From an uncultured Streptococcus sp. (lineage in GTDB: Bacteria > Bacillota > Bacilli > Lactobacillales > Streptococcaceae): a stretch of 64,000 nt of DNA. Below the pieces are notes generated by a model. That model was not told the DNA's origin. It saw only the letters and a list, made by a program, of their open reading frames with translations, and ran no database searches. The stretch is taken from NCBI RefSeq assembly GCF_963516515.1, contig NZ_CAUQCJ010000003.1, positions 1,722 to 65,721 of the forward strand, read 5' to 3'. Below, piece after piece: positions 30,953 through 41,253 of the stretch (its first letter is position 1; every line of letters starts with the position of its first letter). The position numbers were made by a program, and so were the translations under genes.

Positions 30953-31777
30953 ATGAATCAATCCTACTTTTATCTAAAAATGAAAGAACACAAACTTAAG
31001 GTTCCTTATACAGGTAAGGAGCGCCGTGTGCGTGTTCTTCTTCCTAAAGATTATGAGAATGACACGGATCGTTCCTATCCTGTTGTTTACTTTCATGATG
31101 GGCAAAATGTTTTTTATAGTAAGGAGTCCTTCATTGGCCATTCATGGAAGATTATCCCAGCCATCAAGCGTAATCCTGATATCAGTCGCATGATTGTCGT
31201 AGCCATTGATAATGATGGTATGGGGCGGATGAATGAGTATGCAGCTTGGAAGTTCCAAGAATCTCCTATCCCAGGGCAGCAATTTGGTGGTAAGGGTGTA
31301 GAGTATGCCGAGTTTGTTATGGAGGTGGTCAAGCCTTTTATCGATGAGACCTACCGTACAAAAGCTGATTGCCAGCATACAGCCATGATTGGTTCCTCAC
31401 TAGGAGGGAATATTACCCAGTTTATCGGTTTGGAATACCAAGATCAAATTGGCTGTCTAGGTGTCTTTTCATCTGCCAACTGGCTGCACCAAGAAGCCTT
31501 TAACCGCTATATCGAGCGACAAAATTTATCACCTGACCAGCGTATCTTTATCTATGTGGGAACGGAAGAAGCGGATGATACAGACAAGACCTTGATGGCT
31601 GGCAATATCAAACAAGCCTATATCGATTCGTCGCTTCGCTATTACCATGATTTGATAGCAGGGGGAGTTCATCTGGATAATCTTGTCTTGAAAGTTCAGT
31701 CTGGTGCCATCCATAGTGAAATCCCTTGGTCGGAGAATTTACCAGACTGTCTGAGATTTTTTGCAGAGAAATGGTAA
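30953..31777 (+). CDS. Alpha/beta hydrolase (putative esterase)
   Basis: YFHDGQN, GSSLGG nucleophile elbow, C-terminal HSE; start uncertain. Confidence 0.85.
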   Translation: MNQSYFYLKMKEHKLKVPYTGKERRVRVLLPKDYENDTDRSYPVVYFHDGQNVFYSKESFIGHSWKIIPAIKRNPDISRMIVVAIDNDGMGRMNEYAAWKFQESPIPGQQFGGKGVEYAEFVMEVVKPFIDETYRTKADCQHTAMIGSSLGGNITQFIGLEYQDQIGCLGVFSSANWLHQEAFNRYIERQNLSPDQRIFIYVGTEEADDTDKTLMAGNIKQAYIDSSLRYYHDLIAGGVHLDNLVLKVQSGAIHSEIPWSENLPDCLRFFAEKW

Positions 31778-31797
31778 GTTAGGAAAGGAGAAAGCTA

Positions 31798-32538
31798 ATG
31801 CATATCGAAAACCTTAGCCACTGGAGTGGTCACCTCAACCGTGAAATGTACCTCAACCGTTATGGACATGCTGGGATTCCAGTTGTGGTTTTTGCTTCAT
31901 CAGGTGGTAGTCACAATGAATACTATGATTTTGGCATGATTGATGCCTGTGCTTCCTTTATAGAAGAAGGTCGTGTTCAGTTCTTTACCCTATCCAGTGT
32001 GGATAGTGAGAGCTGGTTGGCCACTTGGAAAAATGGTCACGACCAAGCAGAGATGCATCGTGCCTATGAACGCTATGTGATTGAGGAGGCCATTCCTTTT
32101 ATTAAGCATAAGACAGGTTGGTTTGATGGTATGATGACGACAGGTTGCTCCATGGGAGCCTATCATGCACTCAATTTCTTCCTCCAGCATCCAGATGTTT
32201 TTACCAAGGTGATAGCTCTTAGTGGTGTTTACGACGCACGTTTCTTTGTTGGCGATTACTACAATGATGATGCTATTTACCAAAACTCGCCAGTAGATTA
32301 TATCTGGAATCAGAACGATGGCTGGTTTATTGACCGTTACCGTCAGGCAGAGATTGTGCTGTGTACGGGTCTTGGTGCCTGGGAACAAGATGGTCTACCA
32401 TCTTTCTACAAGCTTAAAGAAGCCTTTGACCAGAAACAAATTCCAGCCTGGTTTGCTGAATGGGGACACGATGTCGCCCACGACTGGGAATGGTGGCGCA
32501 AACAAATGCCTTATTTCCTTGGAAATCTCTATTTATAA
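31798..32538 (+). CDS. Esterase family protein
   Basis: YGHAG, GCSMGA elbow, HDWEWW. Confidence 0.85.
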   Translation: MHIENLSHWSGHLNREMYLNRYGHAGIPVVVFASSGGSHNEYYDFGMIDACASFIEEGRVQFFTLSSVDSESWLATWKNGHDQAEMHRAYERYVIEEAIPFIKHKTGWFDGMMTTGCSMGAYHALNFFLQHPDVFTKVIALSGVYDARFFVGDYYNDDAIYQNSPVDYIWNQNDGWFIDRYRQAEIVLCTGLGAWEQDGLPSFYKLKEAFDQKQIPAWFAEWGHDVAHDWEWWRKQMPYFLGNLYL

Positions 32539-32550
32539 AAGGAGTTACCT

Positions 32551-33717
32551 ATGAATTACCTTGTTATTTCTCCCTACTATCCACAAAACTTTCAACAGTT
32601 TACAATTGAACTAGCTAATAAAGGCATAACCGTCTTGGGAATTGGTCAGGAACCATACGAGCAATTGGATGAGCCTTTACGCAATAGCCTAACCGAATAT
32701 TTCCGTGTGGACAATCTTGAAAATATAGATGAAGTCAAACGAGCAGTTGCTTTTCTATTTTATAAACATGGTCCAATTGATCGCATCGAGTCTCATAATG
32801 AATACTGGCTTGAGTTAGATGCAAGTCTTCGTGAGCAATTCAATGTTTTTGGTGCCAAACCAGAGGATCTCAAAAAGACGAAATTTAAGTCTGAAATGAA
32901 GAAACTCTTCAAAAAAGCAGGCGTACCCGTGGTACCTGGAGCTGTTATCAAGACGGAAGCAGATGTGGATCAAGCTGTGAATGAAATCGGCCTTCCAATG
33001 ATTGCCAAACCTGACAATGGAGTGGGAGCGGCCGCGACCTTTAAGCTTGGAACAGAAGACGATATCAATCACTTCAAGCAAGAATGGGACCATTCGACCG
33101 TTTATTTCTTTGAAAAATTTGTCACTTCCAGCGAAATTTGCACCTTTGATGGTCTAGTGGATAAGGATGGAAAGATTGTCTTCTCAACGACCTTTGATTA
33201 CGCCTATACACCGCTGGATCTCATGATTTACAAGATGGACAATTCTTATTACGTTCTTAAGGATATGGATCCTAAATTACGTAAATATGGTGAGGCAATT
33301 GTCAAGGAATTTGGTATGAAAGAACGGTTCTTCCATATTGAGTTCTTCCGTGAAGGGGACGACTACATTGCCATTGAGTACAATAACCGTCCTGCAGGTG
33401 GTTTTACCATTGATGTTTATAACTTTGCTCATTCCTTGGACCTCTACCGAGGCTATGCGGCAATTGTCGCAGGAGAAGAGTTCCCAGCGTCAGAGTTTGA
33501 ATCTCAGTATTGTTTGGCTACATCACGTCGTGCAAATGCTCACTATGTCTATTCTGAGGAGGACTTGCTTGCCAAATATAGTCAGCAGTTCAAGGTTAAA
33601 AAAATCATGCCAGCGGCCTTCGCAGAACTTCAAGGAGATTACCTTTATATGCTGACAACTCCTAGTCGACAAGAAATGGAGCAGATGATTAAGGACTTTG
33701 GTCAGCGTCAGGCTTAA
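32551..33717 (+). CDS. ATP-grasp domain protein
   Basis: KSEMK, IAKPDNGVGA, FEKFV, HIEFF, IEYNNRPAG. Confidence 0.85.
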   Translation: MNYLVISPYYPQNFQQFTIELANKGITVLGIGQEPYEQLDEPLRNSLTEYFRVDNLENIDEVKRAVAFLFYKHGPIDRIESHNEYWLELDASLREQFNVFGAKPEDLKKTKFKSEMKKLFKKAGVPVVPGAVIKTEADVDQAVNEIGLPMIAKPDNGVGAAATFKLGTEDDINHFKQEWDHSTVYFFEKFVTSSEICTFDGLVDKDGKIVFSTTFDYAYTPLDLMIYKMDNSYYVLKDMDPKLRKYGEAIVKEFGMKERFFHIEFFREGDDYIAIEYNNRPAGGFTIDVYNFAHSLDLYRGYAAIVAGEEFPASEFESQYCLATSRRANAHYVYSEEDLLAKYSQQFKVKKIMPAAFAELQGDYLYMLTTPSRQEMEQMIKDFGQRQA

Positions 33718-33876
33718 GAGACTATCGGATTAAGGAAATTCACTCCCTTAATCCTTTTGTTTTTTATAAGAAATAAAACCGCTTTCTTATATAATCTTTC
33801 GGAAAAGTAGTTGCTAAAAGATATAAAAATTGATAGAATAAGGATTGTCTAAAAAATTTTAAGGAGAATCTATCAA

Positions 33877-34746
33877 ATGGATTTCACATGGGCAATTAAA
33901 TATGCCACTGAATTTTTGGGAACTGCTATTTTGATCATTCTTGGAAATGGTGCAGTTGCCAACGTTGAACTTAAAGGTACGAAAGGTCACCAAAGTGGCT
34001 GGATCGTTATCGCTGTTGGTTATGGTATGGGGGTTATGATCCCAGCATTAATGTTTGGTAACGTATCTGGAAACCACATCAACCCAGCCTTCACTCTTGG
34101 ACTTGCAATCAGCGGTCTTTTCCCTTGGGCACAAGTTGCGCCTTATATCATCGCACAAGTTTTGGGTGCTATCTTTGGTCAAGCCTTGGTTGTGGCAACA
34201 CACCGCCCATACTACTTGAAAACTGAAAATCCAAACAATATTTTGGGTACTTTCTCAACAATTTCAAGTTTGGATAATGGTACAAAAGAATCACATTTTG
34301 CAGCAACTGTTAATGGTTTTGTAAATGAGTTTGTTGGATCATTTGTTCTTTTCTTCGCAGCCCTTGGAATGACTAAAAACTTCTTTGGTTCTGAAGTGCT
34401 TCAATACATGAAACAAATGGCTAGTCAAGCAGGTCAAAATGTTGACTTTTCTGATTTAGCAATCAAAGCCCAAGTAGCACCACATACTGCTTCAGGACTT
34501 TCAGTAGCTCACTTGGCACTTGGTTTCCTTGTTATGGCTTTGGTAACATCACTTGGTGGACCTACAGGACCTGCCTTGAACCCAGCCCGTGACTTGGGAC
34601 CACGTCTCCTTCATGCTTTCCTTCCAAAATCAGTTCTTGGTGAGCACAAAGGCGATTCAAAATGGTGGTATTCTTGGGTACCAGTAGTTGCACCGATCGC
34701 AGCAGCAATTGCGGCAGTAGCTATTTTCAAATTCCTTTACCTATAA
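33877..34746 (+). CDS. MIP family aquaglyceroporin (Gla-like)
   Basis: Two NPA boxes (HINPA, LNPARD). Confidence 0.92.
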   Translation: MDFTWAIKYATEFLGTAILIILGNGAVANVELKGTKGHQSGWIVIAVGYGMGVMIPALMFGNVSGNHINPAFTLGLAISGLFPWAQVAPYIIAQVLGAIFGQALVVATHRPYYLKTENPNNILGTFSTISSLDNGTKESHFAATVNGFVNEFVGSFVLFFAALGMTKNFFGSEVLQYMKQMASQAGQNVDFSDLAIKAQVAPHTASGLSVAHLALGFLVMALVTSLGGPTGPALNPARDLGPRLLHAFLPKSVLGEHKGDSKWWYSWVPVVAPIAAAIAAVAIFKFLYL

Positions 34747-34753
34747 GAAATTG

Positions 34754-34778
34754 AAACCGAGGAAATCCTCGGTTTTTT
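34754..34778 (+). terminator. Intrinsic terminator
   Basis: AAACCGAGG-AAAT-CCTCGGTTTTTT. Confidence 0.85.
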
Positions 34779-34869
34779 AGATGAAATTTTACGAAAAAAA
34801 GGTAAATCTGAGCATAATTTCTTGTAAAAAATTCTAAAATCCTTTAAAATAAAAGAGTTGGAGGAATTT

Positions 34870-35595
34870 ATGAATGTAAATCAGATTGTACGGATTATTC
34901 CTACTTTAAAAGTTAATAATAGAAAATTAAATGAAACATTTTATATTGAAACCCTTGGAATGAAGGCCTTGTTAGAGGAATCAGCCTTCCTATCACTAGG
35001 GGACCAAACAGGTCTTGAGAAGCTGGTTTTGGAAGAGGCACCAAGTATGCGTACTCGTAAGGTAGAAGGAAGAAAAAAACTAGCTAGATTGATTATCAAG
35101 GTGGAAAATCCCTTAGAAATCGAGGCCTTATTAGCTAAAACAGATTCGATTTATCAATTATATAAAGGTCAAAATGGCTACGCTTTTGAAATTTTTTCAC
35201 CAGAAAATGATTTGATTTTGATTCATGCGGAAGATGATAGAGCAAGTCTAGTAGAAGTAGGAGAAAATCCTGAATTTCAAACAGATTTGGCATCAATTTC
35301 TTTAAGTAAATTTGAGATTTCCATGGAATTACACCTCCCAACGGATGTAGATAGTTTCTTGGAACTATCTGAAATTGGGGCTTCACTTGATTTTATCCCA
35401 GCACAGGGGCAGGATTTGACTGTGGACAATACGGTTACTTGGGACTTATCTATGCTCAAGTTCTTGGTCAATGAACTAGATATAGCAAGTCTTCGCAAGA
35501 AGTTTGAGTCTACCGAATATTTTATTCCTAAGTCTGAAAAATTCTTCCTTGGAAAAGATAGAAATAATGTTGAATTGTGGTTTGAAGAAGTATGA
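34870..35595 (+). CDS. cppA: CppA family protein (annotated as C3-degrading protein in pneumococci)
   Basis: Recalled CppA N-terminus IIPTLKVNNR...TLGMKALLEE; C-terminal TVTWDL. Confidence 0.8.
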   Translation: MNVNQIVRIIPTLKVNNRKLNETFYIETLGMKALLEESAFLSLGDQTGLEKLVLEEAPSMRTRKVEGRKKLARLIIKVENPLEIEALLAKTDSIYQLYKGQNGYAFEIFSPENDLILIHAEDDRASLVEVGENPEFQTDLASISLSKFEISMELHLPTDVDSFLELSEIGASLDFIPAQGQDLTVDNTVTWDLSMLKFLVNELDIASLRKKFESTEYFIPKSEKFFLGKDRNNVELWFEEV

Positions 35596-36527
35596 AGTGG
35601 ACCAAGATTATTAAAAAAATAGAAGAACAAATCGAGGCAGGGATTTATCCCGGAGCCTCTTTTGCGTATTTTAAGGACCATCAATGGACGGAGTTCTATT
35701 TAGGCCAGAGTGACCCAGAGCATGGCTTGCAGACCGAGGCAGGACTGGTTTATGACCTAGCTAGTGTCAGCAAGGTTGTTGGGGTTGGTACCGTTTTTAC
35801 CTTCTTGTGGGAAAAAGGTCAATTAGATATTGACAGACCGGTAACCGATTTTTTAGCTGAGAGTGATTATCCAGACATCACTATTCGTCAGCTCTTAACT
35901 CACGCAACAGATCTTGATCCGTTTATTCCTAATCGTGATCTTTTAACAGCCTCAGAATTAAAGGAAGCTATGTTTCATCTCAAGAGACGAAGTCATCCAG
36001 CCTTTCTTTATTCGGATGTTCATTTTTTACTGTTAGGTTTTATCTTGGAAAGAATCTTTAATCAAGACTTGGATGTAATTTTACAAGAACAAGTCTGGAA
36101 TTCCTGGGGAATGAAGGATACCCAGTTTGGTCCTGTTGAGCGTGCTGTTCCAACAATTAGAGGTGTAGATGCAGGCATGGTACATGATCCCAAGGCTCGC
36201 CTCTTGGGCAGACATGCAGGTAGTGCTGGTTTGTTTTCGACTGTAAAGGATTTACAAATCTTTTTAGAACACTATTTAGCAGATGATTTTGCAAGAGATT
36301 TGAGTCAAAATTTTTCTCCTTTGGATGACAAGGAACGTTCTTTGGCATGGAATTTGGAAGGAGATTGGCTAGACCATACGGGCTATACAGGTACCTTTAT
36401 CATGTGGAATCGTCAGAAGCAAGAAGCGGCTATTTTCCTATCAAATCGTACCTATGAAAAGGATGAGAGGGTCCAGTGGATTTTAGACCGCAATCAAGTG
36501 ATGAACTTGATTCGCAAAGAAGAGTAA
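35592..36527 (+). CDS. Serine hydrolase, beta-lactamase/AmpC-like family
   Basis: ASVSK (SxxK), LLTH, YSD, HTGYTG. Confidence 0.85.
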   Translation: MKWTKIIKKIEEQIEAGIYPGASFAYFKDHQWTEFYLGQSDPEHGLQTEAGLVYDLASVSKVVGVGTVFTFLWEKGQLDIDRPVTDFLAESDYPDITIRQLLTHATDLDPFIPNRDLLTASELKEAMFHLKRRSHPAFLYSDVHFLLLGFILERIFNQDLDVILQEQVWNSWGMKDTQFGPVERAVPTIRGVDAGMVHDPKARLLGRHAGSAGLFSTVKDLQIFLEHYLADDFARDLSQNFSPLDDKERSLAWNLEGDWLDHTGYTGTFIMWNRQKQEAAIFLSNRTYEKDERVQWILDRNQVMNLIRKEE

Positions 36528-36535
36528 GGAGAGAC

Positions 36536-37432
36536 ATGTCAAACGTTTTAAAAGGGACTCTATTAACAGTTGTGGCTGGGATTGCTTGGGGCCTGTCAGG
36601 AACGAGTGGCCAATACCTGATGGCGCACGGAATTTCTGCTCTGGTTTTGACCAACTTGCGTCTTTTAATCGCTGGTGGAATTCTCATGCTATTGGCTTAC
36701 GCTACTGCAAAGGATAAAATGCTGGCCTTTTTAAAGGATAGGAAGAGTTTGCTGTCTCTTCTCATTTTTGCTCTAATTGGCCTCTTCCTCAATCAATTTG
36801 CCTATCTAACTGCTATTCAGGAGACCAATGCAGGAACCGCGACAGTGCTTCAGTATGTTTGTCCTGTTGGGATTTTGATTTATAGCTGTATCAAGGATAA
36901 GGTGGCACCGACACTGGGAGAGATTATTTCCATCATATTAGCCATTGGAGGGACCTTCCTAATCGCCACTCATGGGCAGTTGGACCAGTTATCTATGACA
37001 CCTGCAGGCCTGTTCTGGGGTCTCTTTTCTGCCTTGACTTATGCGCTTTATATCATTTTGCCCATAGCCCTGATTAAGAAGTGGGGGAGCAGTTTGGTCA
37101 TTGGTGTGGGAATGGTCATAGCAGGTTTAGTCGCCCTTCCTTTTACAGGGGTTCTAGAGGCTACTATTCCAACTAGTCTTGATTTTCTCCTTGCATTTGC
37201 GGGCATTATCCTTATTGGGACTGTCTTTGCCTATACAGCTTTCCTTAAAGGAGCCAGTCTGATAGGACCGGTCAAGTCAAGCTTGTTGGCTTCAATTGAG
37301 CCAATTTCGGCGGTTTTCTTTGCCTTCCTAATCATGAATGAACAATTTTATCCCATTGATTTTCTTGGCATGGCAATGATATTGTTTGCTGTAACACTGA
37401 TTTCTTTGAAAGATTTACTCTTAGAAAAATAA
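36536..37432 (+). CDS. EamA/DMT family transporter
   Basis: About 10 TMs, AWGLSG, IEPISA; start placed at MSNVLKG after AAGGAG. Confidence 0.88.
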   Translation: MSNVLKGTLLTVVAGIAWGLSGTSGQYLMAHGISALVLTNLRLLIAGGILMLLAYATAKDKMLAFLKDRKSLLSLLIFALIGLFLNQFAYLTAIQETNAGTATVLQYVCPVGILIYSCIKDKVAPTLGEIISIILAIGGTFLIATHGQLDQLSMTPAGLFWGLFSALTYALYIILPIALIKKWGSSLVIGVGMVIAGLVALPFTGVLEATIPTSLDFLLAFAGIILIGTVFAYTAFLKGASLIGPVKSSLLASIEPISAVFFAFLIMNEQFYPIDFLGMAMILFAVTLISLKDLLLEK

Positions 37433-37475
37433 AAAGACTCTTTGTCCGTGACAGAGAGTTTTTGCGTAGTATTTT

Positions 37476-37580
37476 ATACTCAATGAAAATCAAAGAGCAA
37501 ACTAGGAAACTAGCCGCAGGTTGTACTTGAGTACGGCAAGGCGACGTTGACGCGGTTTGAATTTGATTTTCGAAGAGTAT
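37476..37580 (+). repeat. BOX element (short, boxA-boxC)
   Basis: ATACTCAATGAAAATC...TTTTCGAAGAGTAT; abuts the stop codon of the GntR gene. Confidence 0.9.
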
Positions 37581-38287
37581 TAATTGTTTTCAAGATAAAA
37601 TTCAAAACGTTCGCCTACATACTGACTTTTTACGTATTCAAATGCAGTACCATCTTCTAGGTAAGAAACCTGAGTTAAACCAAGAATAGCATGCCCTTTT
37701 TCAACTTCCAAATAGTGGGCGATTTTTTCCTTAGCAAGACGAGCATAGATGGTCTGCTGTGATTTACCAATACGGTAGCCATGTTTTTGCAATGTTTGGA
37801 AGAAATGACTGGTGATTTCTTCTTTTTTAAAGTCCTTAATGAATTTTTCAGGAATAGAAGCAACTTCATAAACCAGAGGAACTTGGTCGGCATAGCGGAC
37901 CCGTTCCATTCGGATAATATTTTCCGTTGGAGAAATGCCTAACTTGGCAACTTCCTGCTCATTGGGAATGGTTTTTCTGTAGGAAATGAGCTGGCTAGAG
38001 GGTACTTTACCTTGGGACTTAACAATTTCAGTAAAACTGGTTGTCCCTCGCATCTTTTCTTGTACTCGAGTACTGGAAACAAAGGTGCCGCTTCCTACAC
38101 GGCGCTCTAAAACGCCTTCTTCGACTAATAGAGATATAGCTTGGCGGAGGGTCATGCGGCTGACCGCAAACTGCTCTGCTAAATCTCTTTCACTGGGAAG
38201 CCTCTCACCAATAGCCCAACGGTGTTCGTCAATATCCTTTTTAATCTGATCATGGATTTTCATATAAGCGGGTAGCATATTTTTCAC
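37580..38287 (-). CDS. GntR family (HutC/UTRA) regulator, NagR-like
   Basis: LPSERDLA...VSRMTLRQA...GSGTFV HTH plus UTRA domain. Confidence 0.9.
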   Translation of the reverse strand: MKNMLPAYMKIHDQIKKDIDEHRWAIGERLPSERDLAEQFAVSRMTLRQAISLLVEEGVLERRVGSGTFVSSTRVQEKMRGTTSFTEIVKSQGKVPSSQLISYRKTIPNEQEVAKLGISPTENIIRMERVRYADQVPLVYEVASIPEKFIKDFKKEEITSHFFQTLQKHGYRIGKSQQTIYARLAKEKIAHYLEVEKGHAILGLTQVSYLEDGTAFEYVKSQYVGERFEFYLENN

Positions 38288-38351
38288 TTCATTTCTATCT
38301 TTTCTCTATTGTACCCTAATAAACTAGAAAAAGTCAATCTTCGCCTTGTTT

Positions 38352-38464
38352 ATACTCTTCGAAAATCTCTTCAAACCACGTCAGCTCTATCTGCAACCTC
38401 AAAACAGTGTTTTGAGCAACCTGCGGCTAGCTTCCTAGTTTGCTCTTTGATTTTCATTGAGTAT
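38352..38464 (-). repeat. BOX element in the divergent gntR/guaA intergenic region
   Basis: Reverse complement of BOX; near identical to the copy at 41700-41812. Confidence 0.92.
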
Positions 38465-38533
38465 TAGTTGGTAATTCGCCCTTATTTGTGATAGAATATT
38501 GGAAAAAGATATTTCTTTTGAGAAAGGAAAAAG

Positions 38534-40096
38534 ATGAGCAACATATCAACTGATTTGCAAGATGTAGAAAAAATCATCGTGCTGGACTATGGTAGCCAAT
38601 ATAACCAGCTGATTTCACGCCGTATCCGTGAGATTGGCGTTTTTTCAGAACTAAAGAGCCATAAAATTTCAGCTGCTGAAGTTCGTGAAATCAATCCTGT
38701 AGGAATTATCCTATCAGGTGGTCCAAACTCTGTATACGAAGATGGTTCATTTGATATTGACCCAGAAATCTTCGAACTCGGAATTCCTATTTTGGGAATT
38801 TGTTATGGTATGCAGTTATTGACCCATAAACTTGGAGGAAAAGTTGTCCCTGCAGGTGATGCTGGAAATCGTGAATACGGTCAATCAACCCTAACTCACA
38901 CACCATCAGCGCTTTTTGAATCAACACCTGATGAACAGACTGTTTTGATGAGCCATGGTGATGCGGTTACTGAAATTCCTGCTGACTTTGTTCGTACTGG
39001 AACATCAGCTGACTGCCCTTATGCAGCCATTGAAAACCCAGATAAACACATTTACGGTATCCAATTCCACCCAGAAGTTCGTCATTCTGTATACGGAAAT
39101 GATATCCTTCGTAACTTTGCCCTTAACATCTGTAAGGCTAAAGGCGACTGGACAATGGATAACTTCATCGACATGCAGATCCAAAAAATCCGTGAGACCG
39201 TCGGTGATAAACGTGTCCTTCTTGGTCTATCAGGTGGTGTTGACTCTTCAGTTGTTGGAGTTCTTCTCCAAAAAGCGATTGGCGATCAATTGATCTGTAT
39301 CTTCGTGGATCACGGTCTTCTTCGTAAAGGAGAAGCGGACCAAGTTATGGACATGCTTGGTGGTAAGTTTGGTTTGAATATCGTCAAAGCAGACGCTGCT
39401 AAACGTTTCCTTGACAAACTTGCTGGCGTTTCTGACCCTGAACAAAAACGTAAAATCATCGGTAACGAGTTTGTCTATGTCTTTGATGACGAAGCAAGCA
39501 AGCTCAAAGATGTGAAATTCCTTGCTCAAGGAACTCTATATACAGATGTTATCGAGTCTGGTACGGATACAGCTCAAACTATCAAGTCACACCACAACGT
39601 GGGTGGTCTTCCAGAAGACATGCAGTTTGAACTGATTGAACCACTCAACACTCTTTATAAAGACGAAGTTCGTGCCCTTGGTACAGAGCTTGGTATGCCA
39701 GACCATATCGTATGGCGCCAACCATTCCCAGGACCAGGACTTGCTATCCGTGTTATGGGTGAAATCACTGAAGAAAAACTAGAAACAGTTCGTGAATCAG
39801 ACGCTATCCTCCGTGAAGAAATTGCCAAAGCTGGCCTTGACCGCGATATTTGGCAATACTTCACTGTTAACACAGGCGTTCGTTCAGTTGGGGTTATGGG
39901 TGACGGTCGTACGTATGACTACACAATTGCAATCCGTGCTATTACCTCTATCGATGGTATGACAGCTGACTTTGCCAAAATTCCTTGGGATGTCCTTCAA
40001 AAAATCTCAGTACGTATCGTAAACGAAGTGGATCATGTTAACCGTATCGTCTACGATATCACAAGTAAACCACCTGCAACCGTTGAGTGGGAATAA
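38534..40096 (+). CDS. guaA: GMP synthase (glutamine-hydrolyzing)
   Basis: [30 protein letters not shown]-terminus. Confidence 0.98.
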   Translation: MSNISTDLQDVEKIIVLDYGSQYNQLISRRIREIGVFSELKSHKISAAEVREINPVGIILSGGPNSVYEDGSFDIDPEIFELGIPILGICYGMQLLTHKLGGKVVPAGDAGNREYGQSTLTHTPSALFESTPDEQTVLMSHGDAVTEIPADFVRTGTSADCPYAAIENPDKHIYGIQFHPEVRHSVYGNDILRNFALNICKAKGDWTMDNFIDMQIQKIRETVGDKRVLLGLSGGVDSSVVGVLLQKAIGDQLICIFVDHGLLRKGEADQVMDMLGGKFGLNIVKADAAKRFLDKLAGVSDPEQKRKIIGNEFVYVFDDEASKLKDVKFLAQGTLYTDVIESGTDTAQTIKSHHNVGGLPEDMQFELIEPLNTLYKDEVRALGTELGMPDHIVWRQPFPGPGLAIRVMGEITEEKLETVRESDAILREEIAKAGLDRDIWQYFTVNTGVRSVGVMGDGRTYDYTIAIRAITSIDGMTADFAKIPWDVLQKISVRIVNEVDHVNRIVYDITSKPPATVEWE

Positions 40097-40194
40097 TAGA
40101 TAAGAGTAACTTAGGCTAAGAATCCTTGATGTAACAGCATTTTAATAACTGTAAAAAGTTAAAATGATATAAATTGCTTTAACTTGTCTCCAAA

Positions 40195-40221
40195 GAAGCT
40201 CTTAAATTTGAGCTTCTTTTT
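40195..40221 (+). terminator. Intrinsic terminator after guaA
   Basis: AGAAGCTC...GAGCTTCTTTTT. Confidence 0.75.
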
Positions 40222-40413
40222 CTATTTTATGGGTAAGAATTATAAGTTTTTTGGATAATCATTAAAAACTTTACCTGAAAGAGATTAAAGTTAATAGACT
40301 TGTTCGATGACTATTTGAAGCAAGATATCGAGCAAGTTTAATGGTAATTTGTGTTGACAATTCATAAATCAAATAACCGTCCATTAAGTTAAAAAAGGTG
40401 TTAGGAAAAAATA

Positions 40414-41124
40414 ATGAAAGTGCATTTTATACTACATGAGAGTTTTGAAGTCCCAGGTGCTTATCTAACTTGGGCACAATCAAGAGGTCATGATATTGGA
40501 ATAACTAAAGTTTATAAGGGAGAAGCTTTACCTAAAACAATTTCTGGCATTGATTTTCTTATCATTATGGGAGGTCCTCAATCTCCTGATGAAGATAAAG
40601 AACATTTCCCTTATTATCATCCAAAAGAAGAAATTAGACTCATTAGCCAAGCAATAGAAGAAGATAAGTATATTGTAGGTGTATGTTTGGGGGCGCAACT
40701 ACTGTCTGTAGCTTATGGGGGACAATATGAGCATAGTCCTGAAAGAGAAATAGGTGTATTCCCTATTAGGATGACTAGTCAAGGACTAGCAGATAAACAC
40801 CTCAAACATTTTGGTAGAGAGCTTTTAGTTGGTCACTGGCATGGTGATATGCCGGGATTGACAGACGAAGCAGTAATCCTTGCTACCAGTCAAGGTTGTC
40901 CACGACAGATTGTTCGATTTAGTCCTAAACATTATGCTTTCCAAGTACATTTAGAGTTTGATGAAAAAGCGATTGATTTATTAATTGATGCTGATGGTGA
41001 AGAACAATTGAAAGAACAGAATAAAAGATTACCTTTTGTTCAATCACCTGAAGAATTGCGTGGTAACGATTATTCTGAAATGAATGAAAAATTGCATAAT
41101 TTTTTAGATTCGCTTACCAGTTAG
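40414..41124 (+). CDS. Stand-alone class I glutamine amidotransferase
   Basis: MGGPQSP, GVCLGAQL (Cys nucleophile), WHGD, FQVHLE (His-Glu); AT-rich coding. Confidence 0.9.
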   Translation: MKVHFILHESFEVPGAYLTWAQSRGHDIGITKVYKGEALPKTISGIDFLIIMGGPQSPDEDKEHFPYYHPKEEIRLISQAIEEDKYIVGVCLGAQLLSVAYGGQYEHSPEREIGVFPIRMTSQGLADKHLKHFGRELLVGHWHGDMPGLTDEAVILATSQGCPRQIVRFSPKHYAFQVHLEFDEKAIDLLIDADGEEQLKEQNKRLPFVQSPEELRGNDYSEMNEKLHNFLDSLTS

Positions 41125-41253
41125 AATTGGAGAAAATCGAGATATTTTAGTTTGTGATTTTATGAAATATCAAAATCAAGAAAAGGTGAGTGAACTGTAT
41201 AAAAAAATAAACACTCTTAGCTACAGGGTATCTGTGTTAAATTTCTAATTTGT

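Noticed and set aside
35592..36527. Beta-lactamase-family gene as a resistance determinant
   Set aside because: No signal peptide, embedded in a core operon; generic SxxK serine hydrolase
40295..40337. Imperfect inverted repeat (CTTGTTCGAT...ATCGAGCAAG) upstream of the GATase as an IS end or att site
   Set aside because: Short and imperfect, with no transposase or matching partner elsewhere in the window
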